From Waltera intestinalis (GTDB lineage Bacteria > Bacillota_I > Bacilli_A > Erysipelotrichales > Erysipelotrichaceae), in contig CAVBGZ010000001.1 in assembly GCA_963595075.1 (NCBI GenBank), positions 12,169 through 76,168 of the forward strand: 64,000 bases of DNA. Direction: 5' to 3'. The notes below the pieces were generated by a model. It was not told the origin of the DNA. It did no database searches and saw only the letters and a list, made by a program, of their open reading frames with translations. Position numbers and translations under genes: made by a program. This document shows, piece after piece, positions 51,401 to 60,398 of the stretch; position 1 is the first letter of the stretch; the number at the start of each line of letters is the position of its first letter.

Positions 51401-53795
51401 GATTATTTCTAGTGATTCAGATCTAACGGCTGAAGTTTATTCTAAGCTAGCTAATGTAATTATTTACACAACCGGTAAAGTAGATAGTAGAAACGTAAAT
51501 TCTGATGACCTTCTTGATAGTAGCTCAAGCAAATTTCCAATTGTAAGAACAACTAGTATTCTAACTCCTGCTAGTTATGGAAAAACGGCATATGCGAGTT
51601 CATATGTTGCTGGTAACAGTGAAGTTGCTTATTATGTAACAGATGCAAATCTTTTAACAACTTTAAATAACTTCTTATATAAGATAGATCAGTCTGGTTT
51701 AATAAGAATTCAGAAGAAAGTTGTGAAGTTTAGAATAAATTACATTCAGAATGGAAAAACGGTTTATAAATACATTAATACCCCTTCATATTCTTTAGAT
51801 AGCAATGTTTCTTATTCCAATTATGAATTAAAAAATGGTTACCTTTACATTTATTATAATGTTGATGGTGAATCTAAGAATTTAAAAATGAACATAAACG
51901 TAGATGATGTTACTGCTCTTACAGTAACTCCTTCAGAATTAAGTAAAGGAATAATTTGTGGAATTTGTGAGAACGATGCTAAGCTTAAAGAAAAGAAAAT
52001 TAAACAGAGATATAAAGTAAATAATACTAGTGAAATCGACGGACTTAACACAACTGATTATGAGTTAGATAATTCTATTGGATTCATCGAACTTCAATAT
52101 ACAACAGATAATGAAACAAAAGATATTATCAATAATATTTCAAATATCAAAGATTACAAAAACTTCGTAGAGTCAGACGAGTATTGGGATTCAGAAGTTG
52201 TGACTGAAAAGGTTCTTCATGAAACAGGATTAAACACAGTTACAACAAAGTATTCTGCATTTGACCTATCTACAAATATTTTTGAGAATCTCATCAAAAC
52301 TAGATATTGTACTTCATTGATTGATTATCTTCACGACAAACTTATTTACACCGATTGGCATAATGCAGATAGTTCGGTAAATATTCTAGCAAACGTTTTA
52401 CTAAATACAACAATGATTAGCGGATACTCTGGAAACTTATCTTTACATCAACTTTATACGATTATTAAGCTAATGTATCGAGTTATTGTCATGACACAAT
52501 ATAAAATTGATATGAAATCAGATGCTGCCGAATTTGACGAGAATCTATATCTAGATGAAAATGATCAGAATAGTGGTGGCAAATATTTTGGAATTAATCG
52601 TAGTGCAAATATTGGAAATCTTTTAAAAGAAATCTATGGAAATACAAACTTAATTCAAAGCGTTCTAGGACGTCGATATGCTGAGCGTACTTCTTTAACA
52701 GATGAATCAGGAAATCCAACCGATAAATATGGATATGAAGTCACAGATAAATCAGTTGATATATTCAATCCTTATAATAATAGTGAAACTAAAGTTATGA
52801 ATGTTTTCAGTATTGATTCAACTATTTATCCTAAATATGCATTTACAGAAAAGACTTCTTCTAGTTATTCAGTAGCCGGTAATAAATTCCTATCTCAATT
52901 CAAAGAAGTTAAAGTTTCATCAACGGTTAATAAAGGATTAGACTCTTCTACAGAAGTTGAAGAATATCTTTCAGGAGCAAATTATATTTCTTTACTAAAT
53001 AATATGGACACAGCTTCATTTGCTTGGCCTCTTTATTTAGCAGAATGTGATAAAGATGACAAAACTAATATGACAATTGGAATTACAGCAACTAATTTAG
53101 TTAATGCTCTGCCAAGTATTTATGAGCTAATTATTAGAAAGATAATGCAATTCCCTATTGATTATTTAAGCGGAATTAAAAATCCTTCATATGGATCTAT
53201 GATGTATATCGACAATAATTTTGTTAATTTAACTGACAAATTATTTTCAGAATTCTATCAAGCCGATGAAAACTCTTTAGATCTATCAAACAATCTTTCT
53301 GATGATGAAATGATTTTATTAAGCAATAGCGAGTATTCTGCGATTAAGAATTACATTTTAAACGACATGTATGTTGTAAGTATTGACGGGGAGTCTAAGA
53401 AATTAGTTCCTGCCGGAAATAGTAAGATCAACGCAACTAGCTTATCTGAAGTAACAACTAGATTGATCTCTTTATTAAACGAAATGAAATCTATTATGGA
53501 ATCAGAACCTTTTATACAAGTTATGTACCAATTAGATGAAAATACTCAAAATCTTACAACTTTTATTATTACAGCAATTAAATTATTTATGTCTTACACA
53601 TCTGAAATCTCAGAAGTAAGAACAACCCAAAAATATGAAACTCTTGGAGAATATGCTTCTCCTAATGACAGCTTAAATATGAGCTCTACTACATCATTAG
53701 CTGAAATGTCTTATTATGACGACAGAGTAGTAGTAAGAAAATTTACAGAATCAGGTGATATTGATGACAGAATTCACAATTCAAAACCAGAATAA
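48420..53795 (+). CDS. very large virion protein, probable baseplate component
   Basis: 1791 aa; IIRNFNKLTRLKGSSKVINEIINVF resembles the baseplate-wedge KGT motif; late promoter. Confidence 0.6.
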   Translation: MASLEIKTIEQLNKLAKSYKTNINELLLKSLNNISTYDSYSITEDSVTEFNNIVNFYLNASVKDSETLDNADNPISQAFKDLLIKYYENGLTNADIYVLLTIVAKYNKQIEAHLNDNLLTSCFGLVTDYSADTYFAKICSAIKSILSEAIYNGEFQIDTLDAKFDEVHATNTLTPYLVKKGSGVYLAKKDANGTEYAYVDSKTIVVKPIKYLGTTNYFDVAGKTAAELNEIFSNATITDLLDLSDSSDMNDENYRPCGRKVNINGKEAIIYNTFIGDIKLDGSSIIYNSIKSGQVTYSNDNGFTKDDLNLTGELPANLELMFSKSELVYRTSDKSIHHTGKYLKATFNHWITGKIAEYQVRQEYVGKTYNKLDFYDKLINSSYIEFLSYAYLISQLGITNKYCLKEIGDSKESSGKVIRYAYENNNRSALYQLNNDGSYEEFDFSSIYTRYSILPVGGVEAGSAAFTPTILSQITYKNEVKGSTDGFSTTLYIKEATSDGSEKWVQYGKASNDEESYFGEIQTNINVDNLFKYMKSICSVFYSQQSELSEDIELNKISDLSADSFYDYVINQYLKTLTVVDYKDVMISKAKILYKFSSNPASSGNTKTMASINEIDEAQKNKLVASFNLIDVTMGADEFALFRDIEDNYFKDDLGVIETDSDGEIITQSIGSQVQQTTTTKINEDNTYSFSVGIVYKELNPLYRDIERSDILELMIELLNRDNKIFTDAETDRLISSSVDNSIRNMSISNTTLLNDDIKSLLESLYCNPYTCRKARESDIIQYCAGSYINYGTDSTEMKEINHFLEIYQETREVYYRNLLNKSFTQDQYYDAYEKFMLATVSIERFISSKIDNIHDIDYFNETDIKNFLRTYGLSVLESTGAFVGKTDYQKIIIRNFNKLTRLKGSSKVINEIINVFSTGSIDIDINRYLIADVCDLESSNNIDNESAFKSNVEKNYKIKIYDDSYKDTIDVSGLIHSGTKLNTQLVKINRFGQIISSDSDLTAEVYSKLANVIIYTTGKVDSRNVNSDDLLDSSSSKFPIVRTTSILTPASYGKTAYASSYVAGNSEVAYYVTDANLLTTLNNFLYKIDQSGLIRIQKKVVKFRINYIQNGKTVYKYINTPSYSLDSNVSYSNYELKNGYLYIYYNVDGESKNLKMNINVDDVTALTVTPSELSKGIICGICENDAKLKEKKIKQRYKVNNTSEIDGLNTTDYELDNSIGFIELQYTTDNETKDIINNISNIKDYKNFVESDEYWDSEVVTEKVLHETGLNTVTTKYSAFDLSTNIFENLIKTRYCTSLIDYLHDKLIYTDWHNADSSVNILANVLLNTTMISGYSGNLSLHQLYTIIKLMYRVIVMTQYKIDMKSDAAEFDENLYLDENDQNSGGKYFGINRSANIGNLLKEIYGNTNLIQSVLGRRYAERTSLTDESGNPTDKYGYEVTDKSVDIFNPYNNSETKVMNVFSIDSTIYPKYAFTEKTSSSYSVAGNKFLSQFKEVKVSSTVNKGLDSSTEVEEYLSGANYISLLNNMDTASFAWPLYLAECDKDDKTNMTIGITATNLVNALPSIYELIIRKIMQFPIDYLSGIKNPSYGSMMYIDNNFVNLTDKLFSEFYQADENSLDLSNNLSDDEMILLSNSEYSAIKNYILNDMYVVSIDGESKKLVPAGNSKINATSLSEVTTRLISLLNEMKSIMESEPFIQVMYQLDENTQNLTTFIITAIKLFMSYTSEISEVRTTQKYETLGEYASPNDSLNMSSTTSLAEMSYYDDRVVVRKFTESGDIDDRIHNSKPE

Positions 53796-54369
53796 AGAGT
53801 GCTGCGAAGATTTATCTTTGAATGACAGCCTAAAAGGTTATGTTTATATTTACCAAGACGGAAAGCTAGTAGTAGAAGGTCACAATTTAATCGTAAATAG
53901 CGGACGCCAATTTGTAAAAGATGTTTTTATGGATTCGGCGTTTGCAATCTCTGTCGAAGAAGAAGATGGCGTTAAATACAACGATTATAAATTCTACAAA
54001 GCATATTTTGGTAAAACCGGAGTTAATAACTTCGTAACACAAAATACTACAACATTTGAAAATATTAAAAACAGTGCAGTACCACAATTAACAAAATACT
54101 TAGCGATCATTGGTAATAACACAGAGAATACTGCGGTGATTACTTCTGATCTAAAAAATAGAAAATTCAAGATTGAGATGGAACTTCGTGGTACATCAGA
54201 TTCAACAACTTCTATTTCAGAGATTTATCTGACATTTAAGAAGTACGACAAAGAAAATAATATCTTTGCAGAAAGTGGATCTGAAGTTCTATTCTCACGA
54301 TTTGTATTTGACCCAATCTTTATTGGAACTAATATAAATTCTAAGATCGTTTATTATATTTCATTTTAA
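53764..54369 (+). CDS. baseplate/tail-fibre attachment protein (paralog of 54384-55577)
   Basis: HNLIVNSGRQF, ISEIYL, LFSRFVFDPI, YYISF; AGGTGA RBS. Confidence 0.6.
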   Translation: MTEFTIQNQNKECCEDLSLNDSLKGYVYIYQDGKLVVEGHNLIVNSGRQFVKDVFMDSAFAISVEEEDGVKYNDYKFYKAYFGKTGVNNFVTQNTTTFENIKNSAVPQLTKYLAIIGNNTENTAVITSDLKNRKFKIEMELRGTSDSTTSISEIYLTFKKYDKENNIFAESGSEVLFSRFVFDPIFIGTNINSKIVYYISF

Positions 54370-54383
54370 AGAGGTGAGCTATC

Positions 54384-55577
54384 GTGGATAAACTTACATT
54401 AAAAGACAGAAATATTCTTAAAGATGGTGTGGCCAATGGAATTGTAGAGATGCGATCTTTAGATGGAAAACTAATTTTCAGAAAGCATAACATGATTACA
54501 TTAAGTGGTCGTAAGTTCATTTTTAATAAAGTTTTTGGAGATTCTTCTAATTCATTAAGAAATGGATCTATCTCTAAGATCTTTATTGGGGAAAATTATG
54601 GAATCACTTATAGCGGAATGACTTATTCAGATTTAAACCTAGACAACTCAAATATTTACGATCTATCTGACGCTAAGATCTCTTATAATCTACTAGAATC
54701 AGAAGATCTTGTTTATATGAACACAATTTCTAATAAAAAGATTTACTCTTTAGCTGCAGTTCCAGCAGAACTTGCTAGTAGAAATGGAAATGACATCACT
54801 TATTCTGTCTGCGAGAGGTATAAGGGAAATTTCATCACAAACATTCCGAGCCTTCAATATACGATAGCCGATGATTATTACTATGCCCAATTCAATGAGA
54901 CTAGTGGTAGCGGAAGCGTTTATAGATCGATTAAATTCCCTATTAAGAAAGCTATTGCTAATGATGGTGAAGAATTCAAATCATCAGACCGTTTATTAGA
55001 CAAAGATAATGTAAAAGCAAACAATTTCTTACTAATTGACGATGAATATACTTATGTCAATATGTCTAGTACATATGCAGACAGAATGCCAAATTTCATC
55101 AAGTTTTGTAAGTATTTTGGATATGAATTTGATGGTTATGAATTAGTGACAACAAGCCTTTCTTCTAATACTATGGCAGATTTCTTATTTGGCGCTAGCA
55201 ATTATCGAAGCTTTGTTGAGAATTATTTAGCAGTTCCATATGTAGCAGAAGCTACTTATTCAGTTAATAGCACTACGGGAACTTTAACAATGCACCTTCC
55301 AGCGGAAAAGAGTAAAGATTCTGAGCAAGCGGAAGCCGGTGGAACTGTAGATATCGTTTTAGCAACAGCAGCAATTATCTCTGATGAGCCTTTTATTAAG
55401 ATCACTAAGGTATTTGATGGGAATGATGTAAATAAATCTATTACAGAACTTGGCTTAATCTATTCTTATACAGAAGATGATACAAACGTGGAAGAATTAT
55501 TCTCACGTGTAATCTTTGAAGCGGTGCCGATGGTCTCTGGAGATTATCTTGAAGTTAGTTACTACGTTTATTTTTAA
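54384..55577 (+). CDS. baseplate/tail-fibre attachment protein (paralog of 53764-54369)
   Basis: HNMITLSGRKF, ITELGL, LFSRVIFEAV, YYVYF. Confidence 0.6.
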   Translation: MDKLTLKDRNILKDGVANGIVEMRSLDGKLIFRKHNMITLSGRKFIFNKVFGDSSNSLRNGSISKIFIGENYGITYSGMTYSDLNLDNSNIYDLSDAKISYNLLESEDLVYMNTISNKKIYSLAAVPAELASRNGNDITYSVCERYKGNFITNIPSLQYTIADDYYYAQFNETSGSGSVYRSIKFPIKKAIANDGEEFKSSDRLLDKDNVKANNFLLIDDEYTYVNMSSTYADRMPNFIKFCKYFGYEFDGYELVTTSLSSNTMADFLFGASNYRSFVENYLAVPYVAEATYSVNSTTGTLTMHLPAEKSKDSEQAEAGGTVDIVLATAAIISDEPFIKITKVFDGNDVNKSITELGLIYSYTEDDTNVEELFSRVIFEAVPMVSGDYLEVSYYVYF

Positions 55578-55591
55578 AAAATAAACCCCGG

Positions 55592-55605
55592 AACAATTTA
55601 TTATA
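55592..55605 (+). promoter_or_regulatory. phage late promoter motif
   Basis: AAAAAATAAACCCCGG-AACAATTTATTATA. Confidence 0.8.
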
Positions 55606-55627
55606 TTAAATTAATAGGAGAATTTTT

Positions 55628-56041
55628 ATGAAAATTAAGAAGAATGAAATTAAAGAGACAGTTAAAAATTTAAAATATTTTGATTTCTCAAATACAGTAA
55701 AAGATTGCTACATATTTTTACCATTTGATACAGACGACTTAGACGTTAATACTTCTACTAGTGGTTTGGTTGAGTATGTGGAAAGATCTCAATCTGGTTA
55801 TGCGAACTTAACTAAACCAGGACTTTTATTGAATTACTATGGAACAGGAAAGCATGCTTATGCATATGTAACTCTTGAATATCCATTTAAGCTAAGTTTT
55901 AAACAATTCTTTGGCCTAAATCAAATTTTAAATGGAGTTAATTATAATGATGAAGAATCAGCAGCAATTAATTTCTTATTAGACAAAGATGCTTACTTGA
56001 TAAAAGCGCCAACAGTTTTAGCGGTCTTCGGAGAAATCTAA
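55628..56041 (+). CDS. hypothetical protein
   Basis: 137 aa, AGGAG RBS. Confidence 0.7.
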   Translation: MKIKKNEIKETVKNLKYFDFSNTVKDCYIFLPFDTDDLDVNTSTSGLVEYVERSQSGYANLTKPGLLLNYYGTGKHAYAYVTLEYPFKLSFKQFFGLNQILNGVNYNDEESAAINFLLDKDAYLIKAPTVLAVFGEI

Positions 56042-56067
56042 ATATTTTTTGTGAAAGGAATGATTAA

Positions 56068-57273
56068 ATGAAACGAGAACTTACTAAAGAAGAAAAGCAA
56101 GAAATTCTTTCATTAAAACGTTCAGACATCACTTCAAAGAAATTAAAAGATCTATTTGCAGTTAGACCAGGACAAGATGCTCCTAGGTTTGAACCGAATT
56201 ATACATTTACTTTATTAGCGAATGAAGCCCCTTTTACTAACAAGGAAACAGTTAAGACTACTATCGGTCGTTATATTGTTAATTTATTAGTCGTACCAGA
56301 ATCTTATCATAAAGCAAAAGGCTATCTAAACACCGTTCTAGATGCAAATGCAATTGAAGATTTTGAAGGTGCTCTTGGAGATTTATTATTAAATGACAAG
56401 ATTACCGTTCAAGATTATATAGATTATCTTAATAATGGAGAATGGCTCGGAATGAACACTGCATTCTATATGCTTCCTTCTATGAATTATGAAATAAATA
56501 GACCTATTCCAGAAGTTATTAAGAGACGTGATGAGTTATTTGATAAATATAAAGATCAGATTGCCGCCGGAGATTCAAACGTTGCTAATACTATCGAGAC
56601 AGAACTATTAAAGATGGCCGAGAAAGATCTTGTTAGTTCTGGAAATCCGAGCTACGACTTCTTCGCATCTAAAGAATTTAAATTTAAAAATAACTACAAG
56701 AAGAGTTCGATCATGGGTGGAGCATTCATGCACCCAGCTACAGGAAAAATTGCGATCTCTAAATCAAATTATATGGACGGAATTACTCCGCAAGATTATC
56801 CGTTATTCTCAAGTCTTACAGTTGCCGGTGGTTATGCCCGTGGTGTTGCGACACAAGATGGTGGATATGAAACAAAGAAGCTTAATGCCGCAATGCAAGC
56901 TGCTGTAATTGATGTTAAAGGAACAGATTGTAAAACTAAAATAACTATTCCAATTCTATTGACTAAAGCATCTTCTAAACTTTATATCGATAGATACATA
57001 ATGGAGAATGGCCAGCCAGTTTTATTGACTAAGAGTAATATCGGTTCTTACATTGGAAAAACAATTAAGTTGAGATCTCCAATGGTTTGTAAGAATCCAA
57101 AATGCTGTAATATTTGTGCAGGAGAGTTATTCTATAAATTAGACATGCCAAATGCTGGTTTGCTAACATCTACATTCTCAGGAACACTAATGAATAAGAG
57201 TATGAAAACCATGCACGATGCATCAATCAAATTTACCAAGATTAATTTTGATGATTATATTGAGGAAAGATAG
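56068..57273 (+). CDS. phage multisubunit RNA polymerase, beta' C-terminal part (probably virion RNAP)
   Basis: TTIGRY, SNYMDG, bridge-helix-like GGYARGVATQDGGYETKKL, DCKT, LRSPMVCK..CCNICAG, trigger-loop-like SMKTMH; under late promoter. Confidence 0.85.
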   Translation: MKRELTKEEKQEILSLKRSDITSKKLKDLFAVRPGQDAPRFEPNYTFTLLANEAPFTNKETVKTTIGRYIVNLLVVPESYHKAKGYLNTVLDANAIEDFEGALGDLLLNDKITVQDYIDYLNNGEWLGMNTAFYMLPSMNYEINRPIPEVIKRRDELFDKYKDQIAAGDSNVANTIETELLKMAEKDLVSSGNPSYDFFASKEFKFKNNYKKSSIMGGAFMHPATGKIAISKSNYMDGITPQDYPLFSSLTVAGGYARGVATQDGGYETKKLNAAMQAAVIDVKGTDCKTKITIPILLTKASSKLYIDRYIMENGQPVLLTKSNIGSYIGKTIKLRSPMVCKNPKCCNICAGELFYKLDMPNAGLLTSTFSGTLMNKSMKTMHDASIKFTKINFDDYIEER

Positions 57274-57290
57274 AAATATCTTTCTTCTTA
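57262..57290 (+). terminator. intrinsic terminator
   Basis: GAAAGATA-GAAA-TATCTTTC followed by T-rich tract. Confidence 0.6.
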
Positions 57291-57313
57291 TTATTTTTTA
57301 AAATAAACGCCGG

Positions 57314-57327
57314 AACAATTTATTATA
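57314..57327 (+). promoter_or_regulatory. phage late promoter motif
   Basis: AAAATAAACGCCGG-AACAATTTATTATA. Confidence 0.8.
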
Positions 57328-57353
57328 GTAAAAAAGAGGAATTAAGTATAAAA

Positions 57354-57575
57354 ATGACAAATAAAATAGAAACGGTTAAAATACTCGATGTAAGTGGTAC
57401 GGAATATATTTTTAGAATTGATAAGATTCTAAATATAGAGCATTTAAATATGGAACCAATTATGGGGGACAGATATCTGCTTACTATCGATGACGTTGCT
57501 AAAACTAAACTAGTAATAAATCAAGAAACTTACGACTATATTAATTATGTAAAAACCGTTCAATCTCAATATTGA
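57354..57575 (+). CDS. small hypothetical protein
   Basis: 73 aa, GAGGA RBS, late promoter. Confidence 0.65.
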   Translation: MTNKIETVKILDVSGTEYIFRIDKILNIEHLNMEPIMGDRYLLTIDDVAKTKLVINQETYDYINYVKTVQSQY

Positions 57576-57610
57576 TATATTATTCAGATGTAGCTAATAG
57601 AAAGGAAAAT

Positions 57611-59008
57611 ATGACAAAATTAATTGATTTAACAGAAGAAGAAAAAAATGAAATAGAAACTAAATTTAATATTAAACTTCTATCAGATACAGAAGACAAA
57701 GATAATGTAGAATATAAATGCAATTCATGTGGAAGGACATATGTGAAATCTTTATATGAATTTAGACGCAAGAATAGAACTCCAATTGCATGTAGATCTT
57801 GTTTTACGCACGAATATTTCCATAATGAATTCTTAAAGAGATATGGCGAGATTACGGTTGAGATCGATAAGAATCAGTATGTAGAGAATAGAGAGACTAC
57901 AATTAGAGTCAAATGTTTAAAATGCGGAAACGAATATGAAACTAATTATGATAAATTAGTCAGAGGAAGTGCTGGACATATTCCATGTAAATACTGTCAA
58001 GCTCTTGCTAAGAAGAAAGAAGCTAAACCAGAGAAAGTAATTAAATCGGCTAAAGTGATTACAGAAACTCCAAAGGTAGCCAGACCTCAACCAATTATAA
58101 TTCAATCTGCTCCTGTAGTTAATGACGAATCTATATTAGAATTCTTAACTGCAGAGGGAATTGAATATATTGAGCATGAGAAGGAGATCTTAAAAGAAGT
58201 CAATATGGAGATTGGAATATATCTTCCGACATATAAAGTTGGAATAGAATATTGCAGATTAGATGTTCCAGCTAATCGATCTAATATGAATGAGCATATT
58301 AACAAAGATCGAGAGTGTGCTATTAGAGGAATTAGATTAATTCACATCTTTGAAGATGAATGGATCAAGAAGCAGTCTATCGTGAAATCTAAGATCAAAC
58401 ATATTCTAAAATTAGATTCTAACGAACATATCTACGCAAGAAAATGCGAGATCCGAGAGATTGACAAGGATTCAGCTAGAGATTTCTTAACAGCAAATCA
58501 TATTCAGGGCTCATGTGGAGCTAAATACAAATTTGGATTGTTCTATCACGATGAATTGGTTGCAGTTATGACTTTTGGAAATTACCGTAAGAATATGGGA
58601 AGAGTCACTGCAGATAATGAATATGAACTAATTCGCTACGCGACATCTAAGAACGTTGTAGGGGGATTCGGCAAGCTATTCAATTACTTTGTGAAAGAAT
58701 ATAAACCGGTGAAGATTATCACATATGCTGATCTACGCTGGACATCTCATCCAGAATTAGGTGAGAGTGTGTATAACAAAGCTGGATTTAAATTAAACCA
58801 CATTAGTCAGCCAAATTATTATTATTGCAAAGATCTGAAACGAAACGGAAGATTTTCATTTAGAAAAGATGAACTTGCTAGAAAGTTTCCAGATTTATAT
58901 TCACCAGAAAAAACAGAATTTGAAATCATGGATGCAACAAATTACACCAGAGTGTATGACTGTGGTAATATTAGCTACGAATATGTTAATCCAGAATTTC
59001 AAGAATAA
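57611..59008 (+). CDS. Hef-like homing endonuclease-related protein (zinc ribbons + PD-(D/E)XK-like + GNAT-like C-terminal domain)
   Basis: CNSCG, CRSC, CLKCG, CKYC; GIYLPTYKVGIEY..GIRLIHIFEDEW; YARKCEIREI..FLTANHIQG..ELIRYA..VGGFGKL..YADLRW..YDCG; start moved to ATG 57611 behind GAAAGGA. Confidence 0.75.
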   Translation: MTKLIDLTEEEKNEIETKFNIKLLSDTEDKDNVEYKCNSCGRTYVKSLYEFRRKNRTPIACRSCFTHEYFHNEFLKRYGEITVEIDKNQYVENRETTIRVKCLKCGNEYETNYDKLVRGSAGHIPCKYCQALAKKKEAKPEKVIKSAKVITETPKVARPQPIIIQSAPVVNDESILEFLTAEGIEYIEHEKEILKEVNMEIGIYLPTYKVGIEYCRLDVPANRSNMNEHINKDRECAIRGIRLIHIFEDEWIKKQSIVKSKIKHILKLDSNEHIYARKCEIREIDKDSARDFLTANHIQGSCGAKYKFGLFYHDELVAVMTFGNYRKNMGRVTADNEYELIRYATSKNVVGGFGKLFNYFVKEYKPVKIITYADLRWTSHPELGESVYNKAGFKLNHISQPNYYYCKDLKRNGRFSFRKDELARKFPDLYSPEKTEFEIMDATNYTRVYDCGNISYEYVNPEFQE

Positions 59009-59037
59009 ATATAAAAAAGTATAAAGAAAGGTCAAAA

Positions 59038-59334
59038 ATGTCAAAAAACACTAAGAAAACAGAACGCAGAATAAGAAAAGACGAACCATCAAGTAATAAC
59101 GATATATACTCTGTATTAAAATGTAAATTAAACGGGCAGTGCTGGAAATGCACTAGAGGATGCGCGATAAATCCAGGTAAGAAGAGCGAAGCACCTAAGG
59201 ATTATCATCAGAAGAAATATAATAACTATCAAAATAACAAATATCAAAAGAGTACAAATAATACCGGGAATACAAATCAGTATAAATCTAATTATAAATC
59301 CAATAATTATTATAACAAAAACAAAGAAAGTTAA
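59038..59334 (+). CDS. small basic Asn/Tyr-rich protein with CxxxxxxCxxCxxxC
   Basis: 98 aa, GAAAGG RBS. Confidence 0.65.
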   Translation: MSKNTKKTERRIRKDEPSSNNDIYSVLKCKLNGQCWKCTRGCAINPGKKSEAPKDYHQKKYNNYQNNKYQKSTNNTGNTNQYKSNYKSNNYYNKNKES

Positions 59335-59348
59335 TTTTCTTTGTTTTT
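59317..59348 (+). terminator. intrinsic terminator
   Basis: AAAACAAAGAAAG-TTAA-TTTTCTTTGTTTTT. Confidence 0.65.
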
Positions 59349-59349
59349 A

Positions 59350-59357
59350 TATATTAT
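59350..59357 (+). promoter_or_regulatory. putative early promoter core TATATTAT
   Basis: Directly after a terminator, upstream of the 59414-61839 cluster. Confidence 0.45.
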
Positions 59358-59413
59358 AGTTCTGTCTTTACTTAGTGTTTAGACAAAAATACAATATTTA
59401 TGGAGGAAAATAT

Positions 59414-59725
59414 ATGAGTTATAATGAATATGTAGGACTTCTCATTGTCCTATTCATCACATGTCTTGCTATTTGCGCTATTGGCGCCGTTTGGGAACGA
59501 GACGAGAAAAAGATGGAACGAGACGAGAAAAAGATGGAACGAAAGGAACTGGAAAGGCATCTCGTGGAGTCCAATATTGAATGTTACAGACGCCGTCTGA
59601 AGCTTCTATACTCTTCAGAATTTGACGAAGCCACAAGAGAAGAACTTGATAGAGTTTATAATGAGAGTATTGCTGAGGCGAAAGAAAAGCTAAAAAAACT
59701 AAATGATGAGATGGAAGAGAAATAA
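59414..59725 (+). CDS. membrane-anchored coiled-coil protein
   Basis: GGAGG RBS before ATG 59414; N-terminal TM helix then charged coil. Confidence 0.7.
   Translation: MSYNEYVGLLIVLFITCLAICAIGAVWERDEKKMERDEKKMERKELERHLVESNIECYRRRLKLLYSSEFDEATREELDRVYNESIAEAKEKLKKLNDEMEEK
59494..59542 (+). repeat. in-frame 21-bp tandem repeat (ERDEKKM x2)
   Basis: GGAACGAGACGAGAAAAAGAT x2 plus GGAACGA. Confidence 0.9.
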
Positions 59726-59726
59726 C

Positions 59727-60392
59727 ATGAAGGAAAAAAAATTCAGTGACGACGTGGAGGAGGTCAGATATTTTGCTAATCAAAATCGGTTATATTCAAA
59801 TATTACATTGGTAATTGTAATTGTTATGACTATTGGCCTCATTATACTAGCGAATATTAAAGGAGATCAAGCAAACTACAGATTAGTTTTCTGTAGTACA
59901 ATAGTAGTTAATGAAATTGCAACAGTTTGCTATATATTAACAACGAGAGCAAATCTTTATTTCTATGATCGAATTTTAGATGATAGTCTTAAGCATAATC
60001 TAATTCACTTAGAATTTAAAGTTACAAGATCAAATGGAAGACGAATTAATTTATTTATAGAATTAATAAGTTCTATAATTCTCTGCTTATTAGAATTAAT
60101 AGTCCCACTGATGATTGCTGATATTACAGCAATTGCATTTCCATTAATTTACTTTGCATTAATGTTTGGAAATATGTACTTCTGTCATCATTATGAGTGC
60201 ATAATTCCAACATTTTTATGCGCAGCAACTTTTATCTTCATATACACTGGAATGATGATTCCGGGAATTATTTGCCTAGAAGCTGCGGTAGTTAATCTTA
60301 TTATCGAGTTGTTGTTTAGAAATGCTCGTAGTCAAAAACTAGTAAGAATCTACGAAATAGAGCAAATGTATGAAGATTTAAAATCATTATAG
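59727..60392 (+). CDS. multi-pass membrane protein
   Basis: About 5-6 hydrophobic segments; start moved to ATG 59727 just after upstream stop. Confidence 0.7.
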   Translation: MKEKKFSDDVEEVRYFANQNRLYSNITLVIVIVMTIGLIILANIKGDQANYRLVFCSTIVVNEIATVCYILTTRANLYFYDRILDDSLKHNLIHLEFKVTRSNGRRINLFIELISSIILCLLELIVPLMIADITAIAFPLIYFALMFGNMYFCHHYECIIPTFLCAATFIFIYTGMMIPGIICLEAAVVNLIIELLFRNARSQKLVRIYEIEQMYEDLKSL

Positions 60393-60398
60393 GAGAAT

